A stretch of DNA of 63,516 nt, filler included, from Lama guanicoe (Eukaryota), in NCBI GenBank assembly GCA_013239625.1. It is 131 parts of 131 records of this genome, joined end to end, with 100 filler letters (N's around TTAATTAATTAA, not from the genome) between each part and the next. Parts side by side here need not be neighbours in the genome. Positions count along the whole stretch, not along the records: positions 1 to 384 come from PNXV01059058.1; positions 485 to 868 come from PNXV01059059.1; positions 969 to 1,352 come from PNXV01059060.1; positions 1,453 to 1,836 come from PNXV01059061.1; positions 1,937 to 2,320 come from PNXV01059062.1; positions 2,421 to 2,804 come from PNXV01059063.1; positions 2,905 to 3,288 come from PNXV01059064.1; positions 3,389 to 3,773 come from PNXV01059065.1; 123 more parts are not named here. One strand, written 5' to 3'. The notes under the pieces are model-generated. The model searched no databases. It was not told the origin of the DNA and saw only the letters and a program-made list of their open reading frames with translations. The position numbers were made by a program, and so were the translations under genes. This document shows, one piece after another, positions 1 to 12,601 of the stretch; position 1 is the stretch's first letter; each line of letters starts with the position of its first letter.

Positions 1-149
1 GTCTTCCCCTTCCTCCATCCCCACGCAATGAGTCACTGATGACTCCCACGTCTAAATCAAAGTGACACCTTTCCAGCCCTTGTCTAACTGAGCTTCTCAT
101 GCCTCCGGGCATTCCATGTAACTGACATCTGTAACTGACCGCTGCCTGC

Positions 150-362
150 AGCAACCTCTTCAGTCTTTAGCTGAAGATGCTGTTGAAGGTGAGGGCTGCA
201 GCCGTCTTGATGAGCTCACTCAGTTTTTCCTGGCTGTCTCCCAGGGGTATAAACAGGAAGCATACGTGTTATTCAATTTTTGTTTTATTTTTCTCCTGTT
301 AATCTGCCTCATGTCAGTTTAACTCTTAGACCAGCCAGATGAACCTAGAAGGGTAGAGGACC
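150..362 (+). mobile_element. ERV1-class LTR 3' portion (subfamily uncertain)
   Basis: TTTTCTCCTGTTAATCTG...GAACCTAGAAGGGTAGAGG resembles the R/U5 end of laurasiatherian ERV1 LTRs (recalled consensus). Confidence 0.5.
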
Positions 363-1689
363 ACTCCCCGCCCCCACCCCAGCANNNNNNNNNNNNNNNN
401 NNNNNNNNNNNNNNNNNNNNNNNNNNNNTTAATTAATTAANNNNNNNNNNNNNNNNNNNNNNNNNNNNNNNNNNNNNNNNNNNNGGGCAGTAGAAGACTA
501 ACTGAATTGATAAAAATTTTCTCAGTGTTTGTGTTTTTAAGTAAAACCTCATTCTGTCTTTAGTTTGTCATTTACACTTTGGATGATAATAAAGATGTTA
601 TGATATTTAAGAAATTACAGGTTTGGAGTCTTTAGTGTCACATTTTTTCCCCTGCTTATTTCATATGCTTTGGAATAAACTTAAAATCCTGCAGTTCTGT
701 TTCCTGTCAAGTATTTTCCAAGTTGAGTGGGTCGATGTGCGACTTGCTCCTTGTCAGTTGTGGAAAAGAGACAATCGTCCTCCTCATTACGGCTGCATCA
801 GGCGTAGCTAAGGAAACGCGCAGAGACACGGAAAGACACATGTCTCGTGAGCTACGGGGGACACACTGNNNNNNNNNNNNNNNNNNNNNNNNNNNNNNNN
901 NNNNNNNNNNNNTTAATTAATTAANNNNNNNNNNNNNNNNNNNNNNNNNNNNNNNNNNNNNNNNNNNNACACAGAATTTTGCTCATTGATTGCCACATGT
1001 GTCTTTTCTCTCTAAACAAATGGCATGTTCTTTGTTGACTGGGACAATTTATATGCTGATTTTGTAATCTTTAGATAACAAATCTGCCTGCACAATTAGG
1101 TATGAAGACTTGGAAATGTGATGCCTTAATTAAGAAAATTGTGTGCAGAGAAAGATAGATGGATCCTGAGCAGTGAACTTTGAGTAAAGTAGATGAATTT
1201 TTGTGCATGAATAGCATAAGATCTTTTTTGGCTGCTCAAAGCTCATCCTGCTTTGTCGCTGTCAGATTTAAACATTGCCTGTTGATTTCTGCTGTGATGG
1301 TTTACTTACACATTCCCTCCACTCACCTCATCAATGTAACTTATTTTTCCCTNNNNNNNNNNNNNNNNNNNNNNNNNNNNNNNNNNNNNNNNNNNNTTAA
1401 TTAATTAANNNNNNNNNNNNNNNNNNNNNNNNNNNNNNNNNNNNNNNNNNNNAATAATGTCTAGGCTGTGAGTTGACAGGGAGTTCGATTAAAGGTACTG
1501 AGCTCTAGAATCACTGTACTACTTGGACAGCGGTTATTATACTGATTGACCTTTAGGCTTTGAAAAGTTAAATTATGCAAGATAAAATTCCAGAGGCAAC
1601 CAAAATGGGAGTGTAAAAGAAAGAAAAGATAAAGTAAGTGGGGGGAAGCTAATTTCCAAAGACTAATAAAGGATATAATCAATAATCAA

Positions 1690-1836
1690 AGCCCACAATG
1701 ATGAGAATATGTCAAAGGGACAAAGGGACAAATCAAAAGAGATCCTGATTACCAAAGCAGAAACAATTTGAGCAACAAAATAAAAAGTGGTATTGGATTA
1801 CAGTCCATAGTATGAAATAAATATCCATAAGTCAAT
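1690..1836 (+). mobile_element. L1MC/L1MD-type LINE-1 3' region fragment
   Basis: CAAAGCAGAAACAATTTGAGCAACAAAATAAAAAGTGGTATTGGATTA...AAATAAATATCCATAAGTC resembles old L1MC3/4-like 3' UTR. Confidence 0.6.
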
Positions 1837-2420
1837 NNNNNNNNNNNNNNNNNNNNNNNNNNNNNNNNNNNNNNNNNNNNTTAATTAATTAANNNNNNNN
1901 NNNNNNNNNNNNNNNNNNNNNNNNNNNNNNNNNNNNAAAGGGAATTAAGGTTGGCAATGATTCTGTAACTGTTTCATGGTAATTTGCATGTTGGTTGGGT
2001 CCACATGCAAATTACTGTGGAGGGACTTGAATGCCAGGCGAAAGTGTTTGGACTTTTTGTGTCGACAGGGAAACTGAATACTTTTATTAGGGAAGTGTCG
2101 GGAACAGAGCAATTCCCAGGAAAATTAAGTTGGGAGCAGATGTTGGATGAGGAAGGAGAAGGTGATCCAGGTGGGAAGGTCAGTCAAAAGACAGAGGGCT
2201 CCGGACAGGAGCTGTTGAGGACTTTAAGAAGCAGGGCAGCAGTGGAGACAGACAAGAATTTGTAGCTGTTAAAAAGGCTTGTTAAACATGCAGGTTCCTG
2301 GCCTCTACTCTAGACCAGCTNNNNNNNNNNNNNNNNNNNNNNNNNNNNNNNNNNNNNNNNNNNNTTAATTAATTAANNNNNNNNNNNNNNNNNNNNNNNN
2401 NNNNNNNNNNNNNNNNNNNN

Positions 2421-2735
2421 GAACAGAGGATCTTTAAGGCAGTAAAAATACTTCGTATGTCACTGTAATGAGTACATGTCATTATCCTTTTTTCAGACCT
2501 ATAGAATGTACAACACCATGAACAAACATTTAGGTAAACTATACATTTGGGGTGATTATGATGTGTCAATGTAGGTTCATCCTTGGCAAATCATGTACCA
2601 TTCTGTGAGTGATGTTAATAACGGGGGAGGCTATGCATATAGGGGGGCAGAGTTAATTTGGAAAAATCTCTGCACCTGCCTCCAAATTTACTGTAAACCT
2701 AAAACTGCTCTTACAAAATAAAGCCTTAAAAAAAC
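2421..2735 (+). mobile_element. L1MC1-like LINE-1 3' end
   Basis: Collinear with L1MC1 3' UTR: ATAGAATGTACAACACC, TGATGTGTCAATGTAGGTTCATC, GGGGGAGGCTATGCAT, AACCTAAAACTGCTC, then AATAAA and an A-rich tail. Confidence 0.85.
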
Positions 2736-3884
2736 CTATAGTTAAATGGCAGATGTAAAACCTACCTTATGTAAATGGATTAAACTCTAGAATTAAAAGG
2801 CAGANNNNNNNNNNNNNNNNNNNNNNNNNNNNNNNNNNNNNNNNNNNNTTAATTAATTAANNNNNNNNNNNNNNNNNNNNNNNNNNNNNNNNNNNNNNNN
2901 NNNNTGTTGCTGCAGTTCTGCTGAAGATGGAGTGAGAAACAGCAACTGCCCATCTCACCAGCAGGAGGTACATTCTTTTTGGCTCTAAAATTCAGCTGTG
3001 AGAAAATTTTAAACACATATCCATATCAGATCATACAACTATATTTATATTATATAATATTCTAGCCTCAAATTGTTCTTCCCTATAGAACATCAACAGT
3101 AGGAAGACAGCCATCTAAATACTGCAGTGCCACGAAGACAAACCCAGGGGTTTCTGCCAGGTATCTCCAGCTAGGAGGCTACGTTAACTAAAACTTCTGG
3201 TAATTCACACTTCCCGAACAACCGTGATGCAGTACATGACCCAGCTGCAATGAGCTGACTCCACGTGGACTTTCTGTGAGTGCACGGANNNNNNNNNNNN
3301 NNNNNNNNNNNNNNNNNNNNNNNNNNNNNNNNTTAATTAATTAANNNNNNNNNNNNNNNNNNNNNNNNNNNNNNNNNNNNNNNNNNNNATATCTCTTATG
3401 GCATCCAGTTTCTCTTGAATGTGTCAAATGATGGGAGACTTAGTAATTCTTCAAACATCTCATCCATTACACAAGATGACATGTTTCTCACTCTTCTCTG
3501 GGTTAAATCTAAAGAGACTTCAAGCCTTGTTTATCTTTGCCCCTTTCCATCCTCCCAGCATGTATCCCAGGACCTACCACTGTGTAGGCAGACAATACTT
3601 TTAAAAATTAATTTTAAAGCTTTCATTTGTTAGAGATTTCTTCCTTTTTTAAACTTACAGCTACCGTATTTAATAATCTAAATTATGAGTCCCCCACTGA
3701 GAGACTTTTGTAATAAGCCTAACTGATATGCAACGTGATAGCCCTTCGATATTTTAAAAGGTTTGTCCTTTTTNNNNNNNNNNNNNNNNNNNNNNNNNNN
3801 NNNNNNNNNNNNNNNNNTTAATTAATTAANNNNNNNNNNNNNNNNNNNNNNNNNNNNNNNNNNNNNNNNNNNNGGGGGGGGGCA

Positions 3885-4225
3885 GGTGACCCTATTTGGA
3901 CAAATCAAAGATAATGAAGGGATTTTTGAAGGAGTTATTAGACAAGAGAAGCTCTTTATGCTGGAGTGTGTGTTTGGCATGGTCAGCAAATATTTTTGCC
4001 AGTTTTCAAGGAGTGTCTACCAGAGAATGAGGCCAGCAAGGAAAAACAGAACCAAAGAATAGAACAGATTCCTGAGGATGTAATTAGGATATTTAATTCT
4101 CATTTTGACTGAAGTGAGCTGAACCGTTCACCTTTTCTGTCACGTAATATAATAAAAATCCCTTTTTTGCCTAAGCCAGTATGGGATGGATTTCTGTCAC
4201 TTGCAGCTGAATGGGTACTGGCTTG
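3885..4225 (+). mobile_element. Old ERVL/MaLR LTR (LTR33/MLT1J-like)
   Basis: 3' end AATAAAAATCCC...TAAGCCAGT...TTTCTGTCACTTGCAGC is typical of LTR33/MLT1J termini. Confidence 0.5.
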
Positions 4226-4357
4226 AACATGTTTGTAGGTGGGAAAATGAAAAGAAGNNNNNNNNNNNNNNNNNNNNNNNNNNNNNNNNNNNNNNNNNNN
4301 NTTAATTAATTAANNNNNNNNNNNNNNNNNNNNNNNNNNNNNNNNNNNNNNNNNNNN

Positions 4358-4742
4358 CCCTCTTCACTTATTTCTTCTTCTGTTATTTGATCTTATGCTT
4401 TGGACTGGGAGATATTCTTTGCTGCCTCATATCATCTATCTTTGTATGTATTTGTGGATTTCTTCCACAGATTTTTGGATTCTTGTTCTCTTGTTCCTAG
4501 TATATGTCCCCTTGTGGATGAAGATGGAATAGAAGCTTATGCAGGTGTCCTGGCAAGAGGACTCAGTGCCTGCCCCGTACTGGGTGGAGCTTTGCCTTAG
4601 ACCTGTGCTGGGTATGGCTGTGTCCAGAGGCCTTTATGCCTTAGGAATTCTATTGATGGTTGTGGCAGTGTTCTCACCCTGAATGTTGTTTGGACTGAGG
4701 ATTCCCTACAGGCTGTTGGCTGGGTTAGTTCTTGGTGCTAAT
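4358..4742 (-). mobile_element. Artiodactyl-type LINE-1 5' UTR/ORF1 boundary fragment
   Basis: CCCCTTGTGGATGAAG...GCAGGTGTCCTGG...GCCTGCCC...GGGTGGAGCT resembles the antisense of artiodactyl L1 5' regions. Confidence 0.6.
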
Positions 4743-4843
4743 NNNNNNNNNNNNNNNNNNNNNNNNNNNNNNNNNNNNNNNNNNNNTTAATTAATTAANN
4801 NNNNNNNNNNNNNNNNNNNNNNNNNNNNNNNNNNNNNNNNNNA

Positions 4844-5224
4844 AGTTTGCGACGTCTGCCAAGAAACAGTTTCATCTTTAATAATATAGGCTGCAATACC
4901 GTTAGATGACCCATCAGTAAAGACATTAATGGCAGAAGAAAGAGGATAACGAACAGTGTTCTTTGGAAAAAGAAATGGATGCAGTTTTGCAAATTGGATT
5001 AACTTATCAGCAGGGTAATGAGTAGTAATACGTCCCGTAAAATGGGCTAGCGACAAAGCCCAAGAATCATTAAATCGTTGTAAGTGAGCTTGTTGTTCTC
5101 TAGTGTATGGGACTGTAATATAATGAGGATCTCTTCCTAAGTATAAAGTAGAGGCAGAACGTCCTTCTGCAATTAAAGAACAAATTAAATCAGGATAGGC
5201 AGCCAAGGCTTTTGAAGGGGACAC
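4844..5224 (-). CDS. pol: Endogenous betaretrovirus (class II ERV) Pol fragment: RT connection subdomain to start of RNase H; partial at both ends
   Basis: 127 uninterrupted codons spanning the whole contig. Motifs SPSKAL..YPD, LGRDP..I.VPY, HYP.DKLIQF.KLH.F.FP and the RNase H first catalytic motif VFTDGSS.G.AAY are collinear with MPMV/SRV/JSRV-type Pol. Confidence 0.93.
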
Positions 5225-5427
5225 ATNNNNNNNNNNNNNNNNNNNNNNNNNNNNNNNNNNNNNNNNNNNNTTAATTAATTAANNNNNNNNNNNNNNNNNN
5301 NNNNNNNNNNNNNNNNNNNNNNNNNNCATGACCTGTGAGGACGATGACAAGGTAGGTCAGCCCCAGTGTGCAGGGACACGGCAGACACCAGTTGGGACCG
5401 CATTTTCCACATATCCTCTTGGCGTTG

Positions 5428-5711
5428 TGTTACCAAGTCCAAACTCGTTCTGTTCGCCATACGACAGGCCGGTAAATAGGGAGATGAGGTGTTGGGGCAA
5501 GGAGTAGCGGCTTTATTCAGAAAGCTGACAGACCGAAAGGATGACAGACGAATGTCCTGGAGAACCATCCTTTTCAGAATTCAGGCTCCTTTTATGCTAA
5601 AAGGGGAGGGGTGTGGTTGATTGTTGCAGACTTCTTGGTGCAGGAATTCTTTGCTCTTGTATCTGTCTGCGTGGGTCAGGTCATGGTGTCCCTGTAAACC
5701 TCCAGTAAAAC
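5428..5711 (-). mobile_element. ERV LTR, 3' (R/U5) portion
   Basis: Terminus TGTTACC (minus strand ...GGTAACA) at 5428; AATAAA on minus at 5512-5517; resembles artiodactyl ERV1 LTRs. No TGG-starting primer-binding site follows, so this is a solo or 3' LTR. Confidence 0.7.
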
Positions 5712-5811
5712 NNNNNNNNNNNNNNNNNNNNNNNNNNNNNNNNNNNNNNNNNNNNTTAATTAATTAANNNNNNNNNNNNNNNNNNNNNNNNNNNNNNNNN
5801 NNNNNNNNNNN

Positions 5812-6196
5812 CAGACCCATTCAGCCAACCAGAGCACCTGCAGAACTCCGACAGAACATCACCCTCTTCGAAAGATTAAGATGCCAAAAACCTGGTAGGA
5901 GAAAAGGAAAAAAAGAGAACAAAAGGCAAAGCTGCACAGGACAGGTCCTGCGGGGAGGGAGCTGCAAAGGAGGACTGTCACTTGCTCACTGGGTCTCCCC
6001 TCTCCAACTGTGAGGCCAGCGGGACAGAGGGGGAGCCTTCAAGGCTGGGATCTGTACAAAGCAGCCCTTGTCTGACACAACTAAATTAAACGGGCAAAGA
6101 GCGTCCCCCCCCGACACCCAGCCTGAGACGCGAGTCGGCAGAGGTGAGCAGGGCCAGGCTGCACAAGCAGGGCGGAGGACGGGGGCGGCTGCACGG
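5812..6196 (+). mobile_element. LINE-1 5' UTR fragment (artiodactyl/camelid type)
   Basis: GC-rich, with GGGGAGGGAGCTGCAAAGGAGGA and an A-rich tract arranged as in artiodactyl L1 promoters. Confidence 0.6.
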
Positions 6197-6781
6197 NNNN
6201 NNNNNNNNNNNNNNNNNNNNNNNNNNNNNNNNNNNNNNNNTTAATTAATTAANNNNNNNNNNNNNNNNNNNNNNNNNNNNNNNNNNNNNNNNNNNNCTTC
6301 TTACAATAAACAGGCATTTAAAAAGAGGTGAAAGTTGGTGTGAAGCTGTGTTAGGATATATTCAAATATAGATTTACACTGTACCAGTGACCAGGGCTCA
6401 CTGCAACACCCAGAGCTGCTGAGACTATGGACCCTGCCAGCATCACTGAGTATCATGATGCTTTCCCTCTGCATCCCTCGCTAGACACTACCTTCCAGCA
6501 CTCCATCCCCAAGATAAAACATATATCTCCAAATGTCAGGTGTGTTAGGTTATATCTGAATGGGATTCACATTCTTTACCACTGGATTCCTGGATCCCAT
6601 TGAAATTGTGGAAATTGTGGCAAGAAAGTGTTTAAACATTCTTGAACATTCTCTGAGCATTAAAGAGGTTTTTTTTTTTTTNNNNNNNNNNNNNNNNNNN
6701 NNNNNNNNNNNNNNNNNNNNNNNNNTTAATTAATTAANNNNNNNNNNNNNNNNNNNNNNNNNNNNNNNNNNNNNNNNNNNN

Positions 6782-7166
6782 TCTCCATAACATAAAAACA
6801 AAATGAACCTGATGTAGGAGCCACAGCAAGTTATCCAGAAGATCTAGCTAAGACAATTAATGAAGGTGGTTACATGAAACTACAGACTTGCAGTGTACAT
6901 GCAACCACTCTGTATCGGAAGAAGATGCCACCCAGGACTCTCATAGCTGCAGAAGAGAAGTCAATGGCCAACTTCAAAGCTTCAAAAGACAGGCTAACTC
7001 TCCTGTTAGAGGCTAATGCAGCTGGTGACTTTACTGTTGAAGCCAGTGCTCACTTACCCTTCTGAAAATCCTAGGGCCCATCGGAATCATGCTAAGTCTA
7101 CTCTGCCTACGCTCTGTATATGGAACAAAGCCAGGATGACAGCGCATCTGTTTACAACATGGTTTA
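6782..7166 (+). mobile_element. Tigger1 (TcMar-Tigger) transposase region, decayed
   Basis: Near-continuous match to Tigger1: [70 protein letters not shown]; frameshifted between ORFs 6874 and 7016. Confidence 0.95.
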
Positions 7167-7266
7167 NNNNNNNNNNNNNNNNNNNNNNNNNNNNNNNNNN
7201 NNNNNNNNNNTTAATTAATTAANNNNNNNNNNNNNNNNNNNNNNNNNNNNNNNNNNNNNNNNNNNN

Positions 7267-7651
7267 TTGGTTTGTATTTCCCTGATGATTAGTGATGTAG
7301 AACATCTTTTAATGTACTATTTCGCCATCTGTTGCCAAAGTTTTTCTGCGTCTGTTGAAATGATCATATGATTTTTATTCTCCAATTTGTTGCCTTAGTG
7401 TATAACATTGATTGATTTGAGGATATCGAAAGATCTTTGCATTCCTGGGATAAATCCCACTTGATCATGATGTATATGCGTTTATGATTATTTTAAGATG
7501 CTCTTAAGTTCAAACAAATTTTTTAAAACTTTGCTTTTTTAGTTCTCTACCCACTCTACTGTTTTTGACATATTTGACATCTTTTTTGTTTTTTGTATCC
7601 TTTAACTGCTTACTGTAGATAAAGATTATCTTAGTCTTTTCTCCTTTAACC
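7267..7651 (-). mobile_element. LINE-1 ORF2 fragments
   Basis: TTTCCCTGATGATTAGTGATG, GTTGAAATGATCATATGATTTTT and TTGCATTCCTGGGATAAATCCCACTTGATCATG are antisense L1 ORF2 hallmarks. Confidence 0.8.
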
Positions 7652-9747
7652 NNNNNNNNNNNNNNNNNNNNNNNNNNNNNNNNNNNNNNNNNNNNTTAAT
7701 TAATTAANNNNNNNNNNNNNNNNNNNNNNNNNNNNNNNNNNNNNNNNNNNNTAAAAAAAAAGATTTTTCCCTATGTTTTCTTCTAAGAGTTTTATAGACT
7801 TAAGGGGTTTGATAGGTTGATGTGCTACATTTCACTGAGTAAAATAACCTGAAATACTTATAACTGATGGACTTAGAGGAATCAACCGTGGTCTGAATTG
7901 GACCTCAGTGTCTTAAATTGTAGTGCTCTTTAGTGAAATTAGGATTGTGATTCTCAATAATCAGACCAGACCTAAGAATCCATTTAAAACTTATTTCTTG
8001 GAAATACAGTGATTAACAATTTATTGTGTGGGTCTAAGACACATCTCTAGAATGTACGTGTGTGATATTTCTAGCCTTATAGATTTTCAGACTTTTAAAA
8101 CATATTTGTATATGATGCATATAGATTCAGAGTCTTNNNNNNNNNNNNNNNNNNNNNNNNNNNNNNNNNNNNNNNNNNNNTTAATTAATTAANNNNNNNN
8201 NNNNNNNNNNNNNNNNNNNNNNNNNNNNNNNNNNNNTGCTTATGCTTATAGACAGAGATTTATACTCATGGATCTAAGAATAAGCAGGCTTATATATAGG
8301 CCTGTACTTCTGAATTTCATCTGACTTGTGTCATTAACATTTCACTGACCACTAACTACTAACCAAAATTTGATTCTTAGTATGTGTTTCATATACGCAA
8401 CACTTAAGTCAAACATTTCTATATTATTGACTATTAGTTTAAATAACACTCTGAAGAACATCTCTGAAAACAAACCTGAGCTTGCACGTCTTGATTATTT
8501 CTAGCATTACTTCTAGGGAAATGTCTTGACTGGGTGGTTGAAATGAATTGTTTGTGAGCTAAATAAAGGTTTAAGCTAGAATTATTAAAAATAAATTCTA
8601 ATACATAATTCAAATTTGGTCNNNNNNNNNNNNNNNNNNNNNNNNNNNNNNNNNNNNNNNNNNNNTTAATTAATTAANNNNNNNNNNNNNNNNNNNNNNN
8701 NNNNNNNNNNNNNNNNNNNNNAGGATTAGGTGGCTGCAGGAAGAGATGGTTTAATAAAAGCCATGCGTGGGATTTGAACCTCTGGGTGGCAAATATACAC
8801 CTACAGTTGTGCAAACTGGGAAATGCAGTGAGAGGCTGCCTGGAGGGGCTACACCGTTAAGAAAGATGTGAGGTTGAAGGTGGGTCTAGCAAAGGATGTA
8901 TGTCTTGATCAACTGGCATTGGCCAGGGAGATGAGAGCATACAACTGTGTGCTTTACATCCTTATTAGATCAGTTTCTCATTCATTATTGAATTTTATCA
9001 TACACTGAACTTCCAAGCTATTGAGAGAAGCTGTCTAGTAAAAGAGAATCACAATCCAGTCTAAGTGCTGAGCACTTAGTGGGAACGAGGAAAATTGGGT
9101 GCTGGCNNNNNNNNNNNNNNNNNNNNNNNNNNNNNNNNNNNNNNNNNNNNTTAATTAATTAANNNNNNNNNNNNNNNNNNNNNNNNNNNNNNNNNNNNNN
9201 NNNNNNATGTATGTACTTGATATCCAGCCTCCCACGCCAATTTGTTTTCTATGCTATGATCTTCCTATATATATATTGATGATTTCTGAAATTTACAGGA
9301 TATTGTTTAAGATCTGTCTTGCATGTTTAGTCATGCTAAATGGCTCTGTAGACTTAGAAAGATACATGATTATTTTGGAATAAACTTTAACCAACTTAAT
9401 TTATGGATAAAATGCTTGATTAGATTTTAATATAGTTTAGTCAGTAGTTGATATGTCCTTTAAAGTGCTCTAGTCAGGCAATTTTTTAAAACTTAAAAAC
9501 AAGTATTAAGAGACTCTTGAACATTGTTAAATATTATGTCTCATTTAATTGAGGAAAGAGTAGAACATTAGGAAGGTCTTTAGGAAGTCCANNNNNNNNN
9601 NNNNNNNNNNNNNNNNNNNNNNNNNNNNNNNNNNNTTAATTAATTAANNNNNNNNNNNNNNNNNNNNNNNNNNNNNNNNNNNNNNNNNNNNTTTTTTGTA
9701 AATAAGATTGTCTTCTTTTTTTAGGCTCCACATATAAGTGATAATCT

Positions 9748-10076
9748 ATGGTTACAGGTATTAAAATTATCACTGGTGGAAAGAGAATAAATTACAAGTG
9801 GAGGGCAACGGTCAAGGGGGATCAGCTGGCTGAGGTACTTAATTGCTATGGTGATAATGGTGAGTCCATAGGATGTGATGTTGAGGCAACTAATTCTGAC
9901 TGTTTTAAAAGGCTTACAAAGAGAGTTTAAAAAGAAGCTTAAGGATTTAACCTCTTAACTCAATGCATGGAAGGCGTGGACAAAAAAGCTTCTAAGGTGG
10001 TCTTAAGAGAAAACCTTTGTTTTTCAGCAATAGAGAGAGCATGGATGAAAATTAGACATAAGGCCTGGATGTACAC
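9748..10076 (+). mobile_element. Highly decayed ERVL-class internal (gag-like) fragment after a short antisense L1 piece
   Basis: Diffuse resemblance to ERVL internal gag region; no intact frame. Confidence 0.35.
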
Positions 10077-10176
10077 NNNNNNNNNNNNNNNNNNNNNNNN
10101 NNNNNNNNNNNNNNNNNNNNTTAATTAATTAANNNNNNNNNNNNNNNNNNNNNNNNNNNNNNNNNNNNNNNNNNNN

Positions 10177-10530
10177 CAAACTGGAAAGAAAAAGAAGCAA
10201 AACTGTCACTGTTTACAGATGTGTCAGTAAGTGCTGGTTTAGGATGTGGAGAAAAGGAACTCTTATTCATTGCTGGTGGAAATGTAAATTGATACAGCCA
10301 GTCAAATTTTGAGGGACTTCTGTACTGCAAAATAGTACAGAAGCTCCCCCCAAAACTAAAAATAGAACTGCTTTAAGATCTAGCAATCCACTTCTGGTTG
10401 TTTATCTAAAGAAAATGAAAACACTAATTTGAAAAAATATGTAATCCTGTGTTATTGCAGCACTTTTTACAATAGGTACAGGAACAATGTGTCCAATGAT
10501 AAGATGAATTCATAAAAAGTATATTTTTAT
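10177..10530 (+). mobile_element. LINE-1 ORF2 fragments (3' part), ending in (GT)n/(AT)n
   Basis: AAACTGTCACTGTTTACAGATG, GGATGTGGAGAAAAGGAACTC, AAAATAGAACT...GATCTAGCAATCCACTTCTGG. Confidence 0.85.
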
Positions 10531-10661
10531 ATGTGTGTGTGTGTATACATATATATATATANNNNNNNNNNNNNNNNNNNNNNNNNNNNNNNNNNNNNNN
10601 NNNNNTTAATTAATTAANNNNNNNNNNNNNNNNNNNNNNNNNNNNNNNNNNNNNNNNNNNN

Positions 10662-11046
10662 TCTTGGCACTGTTTATTGAGGGGACTGTCCTTTTCCCAT
10701 TTTGTGTTCTTGGCTCTTTCACCATGAATTAACTGACAACATAAAGATGGGTTTATTTCTGTGCTCTGTATTCTGTTCCTCTGGTCCATGTCCCTGTTTC
10801 TGTGCCAATATCTTACTGTATCTCTACTGGTGACTGTAACTTCCTAATGTCGTGTGAAGCCAGGGAGGGAGATGCCTCCAACTGTGTTCTCCCTTTTCAA
10901 GGTTGCTCAGGCTATTCCAGGTACTTTTTGGTTCCGTACAAATGGTAGGATTTCTTGTTTTCTGTTTCTGTGGAAAAAAAAGCCGTTTGAATTTGGCAGA
11001 GTTTGCAATTAATGTGTACACTGCTTAGGCTTCGTGAATGTTACAG
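10662..11046 (-). mobile_element. LINE-1 ORF2 fragment
   Basis: TTTATTGAGGGGACTGTCCTTTTCCCATT, GGGTTTATTTCTG, GATGCCTCCAACT...GCTATTCCAGG. Confidence 0.85.
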
Positions 11047-11146
11047 NNNNNNNNNNNNNNNNNNNNNNNNNNNNNNNNNNNNNNNNNNNNTTAATTAATT
11101 AANNNNNNNNNNNNNNNNNNNNNNNNNNNNNNNNNNNNNNNNNNNN

Positions 11147-11262
11147 GAGCATCTGAAATGTGGCTGGTGCAACAGAGGGAGGAACTGCACTCTAGGTTTA
11201 CTTCATTTTCCTTAATTTACATTTAAACAGCCACGCCTGTCTGGTAACCCCCATATTAGATT
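11147..11262. mobile_element. MER3/MER33 (hAT-Charlie) fragment
   Basis: GAAATGTGGCT...GAGGAACTG...TTAATTTACATTTAAACAGCCAC. Confidence 0.6.
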
Positions 11263-12601
11263 GAAGATACCAACGTGGTGATGAGAACACGAACAGAATC
11301 TGTGGAAGCAGCAGGAAGGGAGATTACCCAACCTGGGCCAATGCCAGGCCCCCAGGCCTCCTGGTGGACGACACAGAGGGGACTCAAGGACCATCCCCTG
11401 TGGTAGGCTTCAAGCCCGTCGCATTCTCTTTCCCTGCTCGCCTCTCACTTCCAGACCTACCTCCTTTCCTTCAGACTTGGACTCATCCTTGCTTTCCCAT
11501 GCACAAGCTTCCTAAAGTGTCCCCTTTTTTCNNNNNNNNNNNNNNNNNNNNNNNNNNNNNNNNNNNNNNNNNNNNTTAATTAATTAANNNNNNNNNNNNN
11601 NNNNNNNNNNNNNNNNNNNNNNNNNNNNNNNTCTGCAGTCCTCCAGGACCGTGGTGGTGCCCAGCTGTAGATTCCAAGGTGAACACTTAGTTCTGTCTCA
11701 CGTTCCCACTGTCTGGTGCTGTGCCATTAGGATTAGGTCTGGAGGGGTTTGCAGCTGTAACCTCGCACTGTGCTGGATGAGCCTCCTTCCCCTGCTTCAT
11801 CGTGCAGTGATCCTTTCCTTACAGTTGGAGTTGTTTCTGTATACTGCAGTCACCACGTAATACGTGCCCCAAATGTGGGATGAATACTTCCCTTAGTAGG
11901 AATAGAATCACTGTGAAGAGGATCGGTCATCCTGCAGAAGTGACGCCAGTAATTGGAAATACGTGTCTGGATTGATTCCAATCAAGAAACCTAGGGTGTA
12001 GGCTCTGGAGGGGGGGNNNNNNNNNNNNNNNNNNNNNNNNNNNNNNNNNNNNNNNNNNNNTTAATTAATTAANNNNNNNNNNNNNNNNNNNNNNNNNNNN
12101 NNNNNNNNNNNNNNNNAAAAAAAGTCCTGGATTAAAATATTAAAGGACAGGTAAGTCGAGTCAAAGAATGTCATTTGGAAGTTGAAGACCCATCTACTGA
12201 CTTAGATAGCACTATGGTGTAAAGACTGGCTCCACCCGAAGTTCCTAATGGAGGACATCGCTGAGCTCTCCTCACTGGAGAGGGTCTTACAGAGCCTGCT
12301 AACGTGGCCTGTAAATGGCAGACGTCTGCCCAGAACACATATCTTTCATGATAAGAAGAAATTGAATCTGTTTATCTATTTCTTATTAATTATAGTTTTT
12401 CCTTAGATAAAGGTACCCTTCTCACTAAGTTCCAGATTAGTGGTGGTATCTTTCTGAAACTACAAAAAATATTCTGAGGCTACTTGGACAAGAGACAGAT
12501 ANNNNNNNNNNNNNNNNNNNNNNNNNNNNNNNNNNNNNNNNNNNNTTAATTAATTAANNNNNNNNNNNNNNNNNNNNNNNNNNNNNNNNNNNNNNNNNNN
12601 N

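Noticed and set aside
2905..3165. Two-exon structure (GAG|GTACAT donor, ccctatAG acceptor)
   Set aside because: Joining in the only open upstream frame meets a stop within ten codons, and no homology was recognised.
6874..7222. Domesticated TIGD1-type transposase gene
   Set aside because: Frameshifts and scattered substitutions indicate a neutrally decaying Tigger1 copy.
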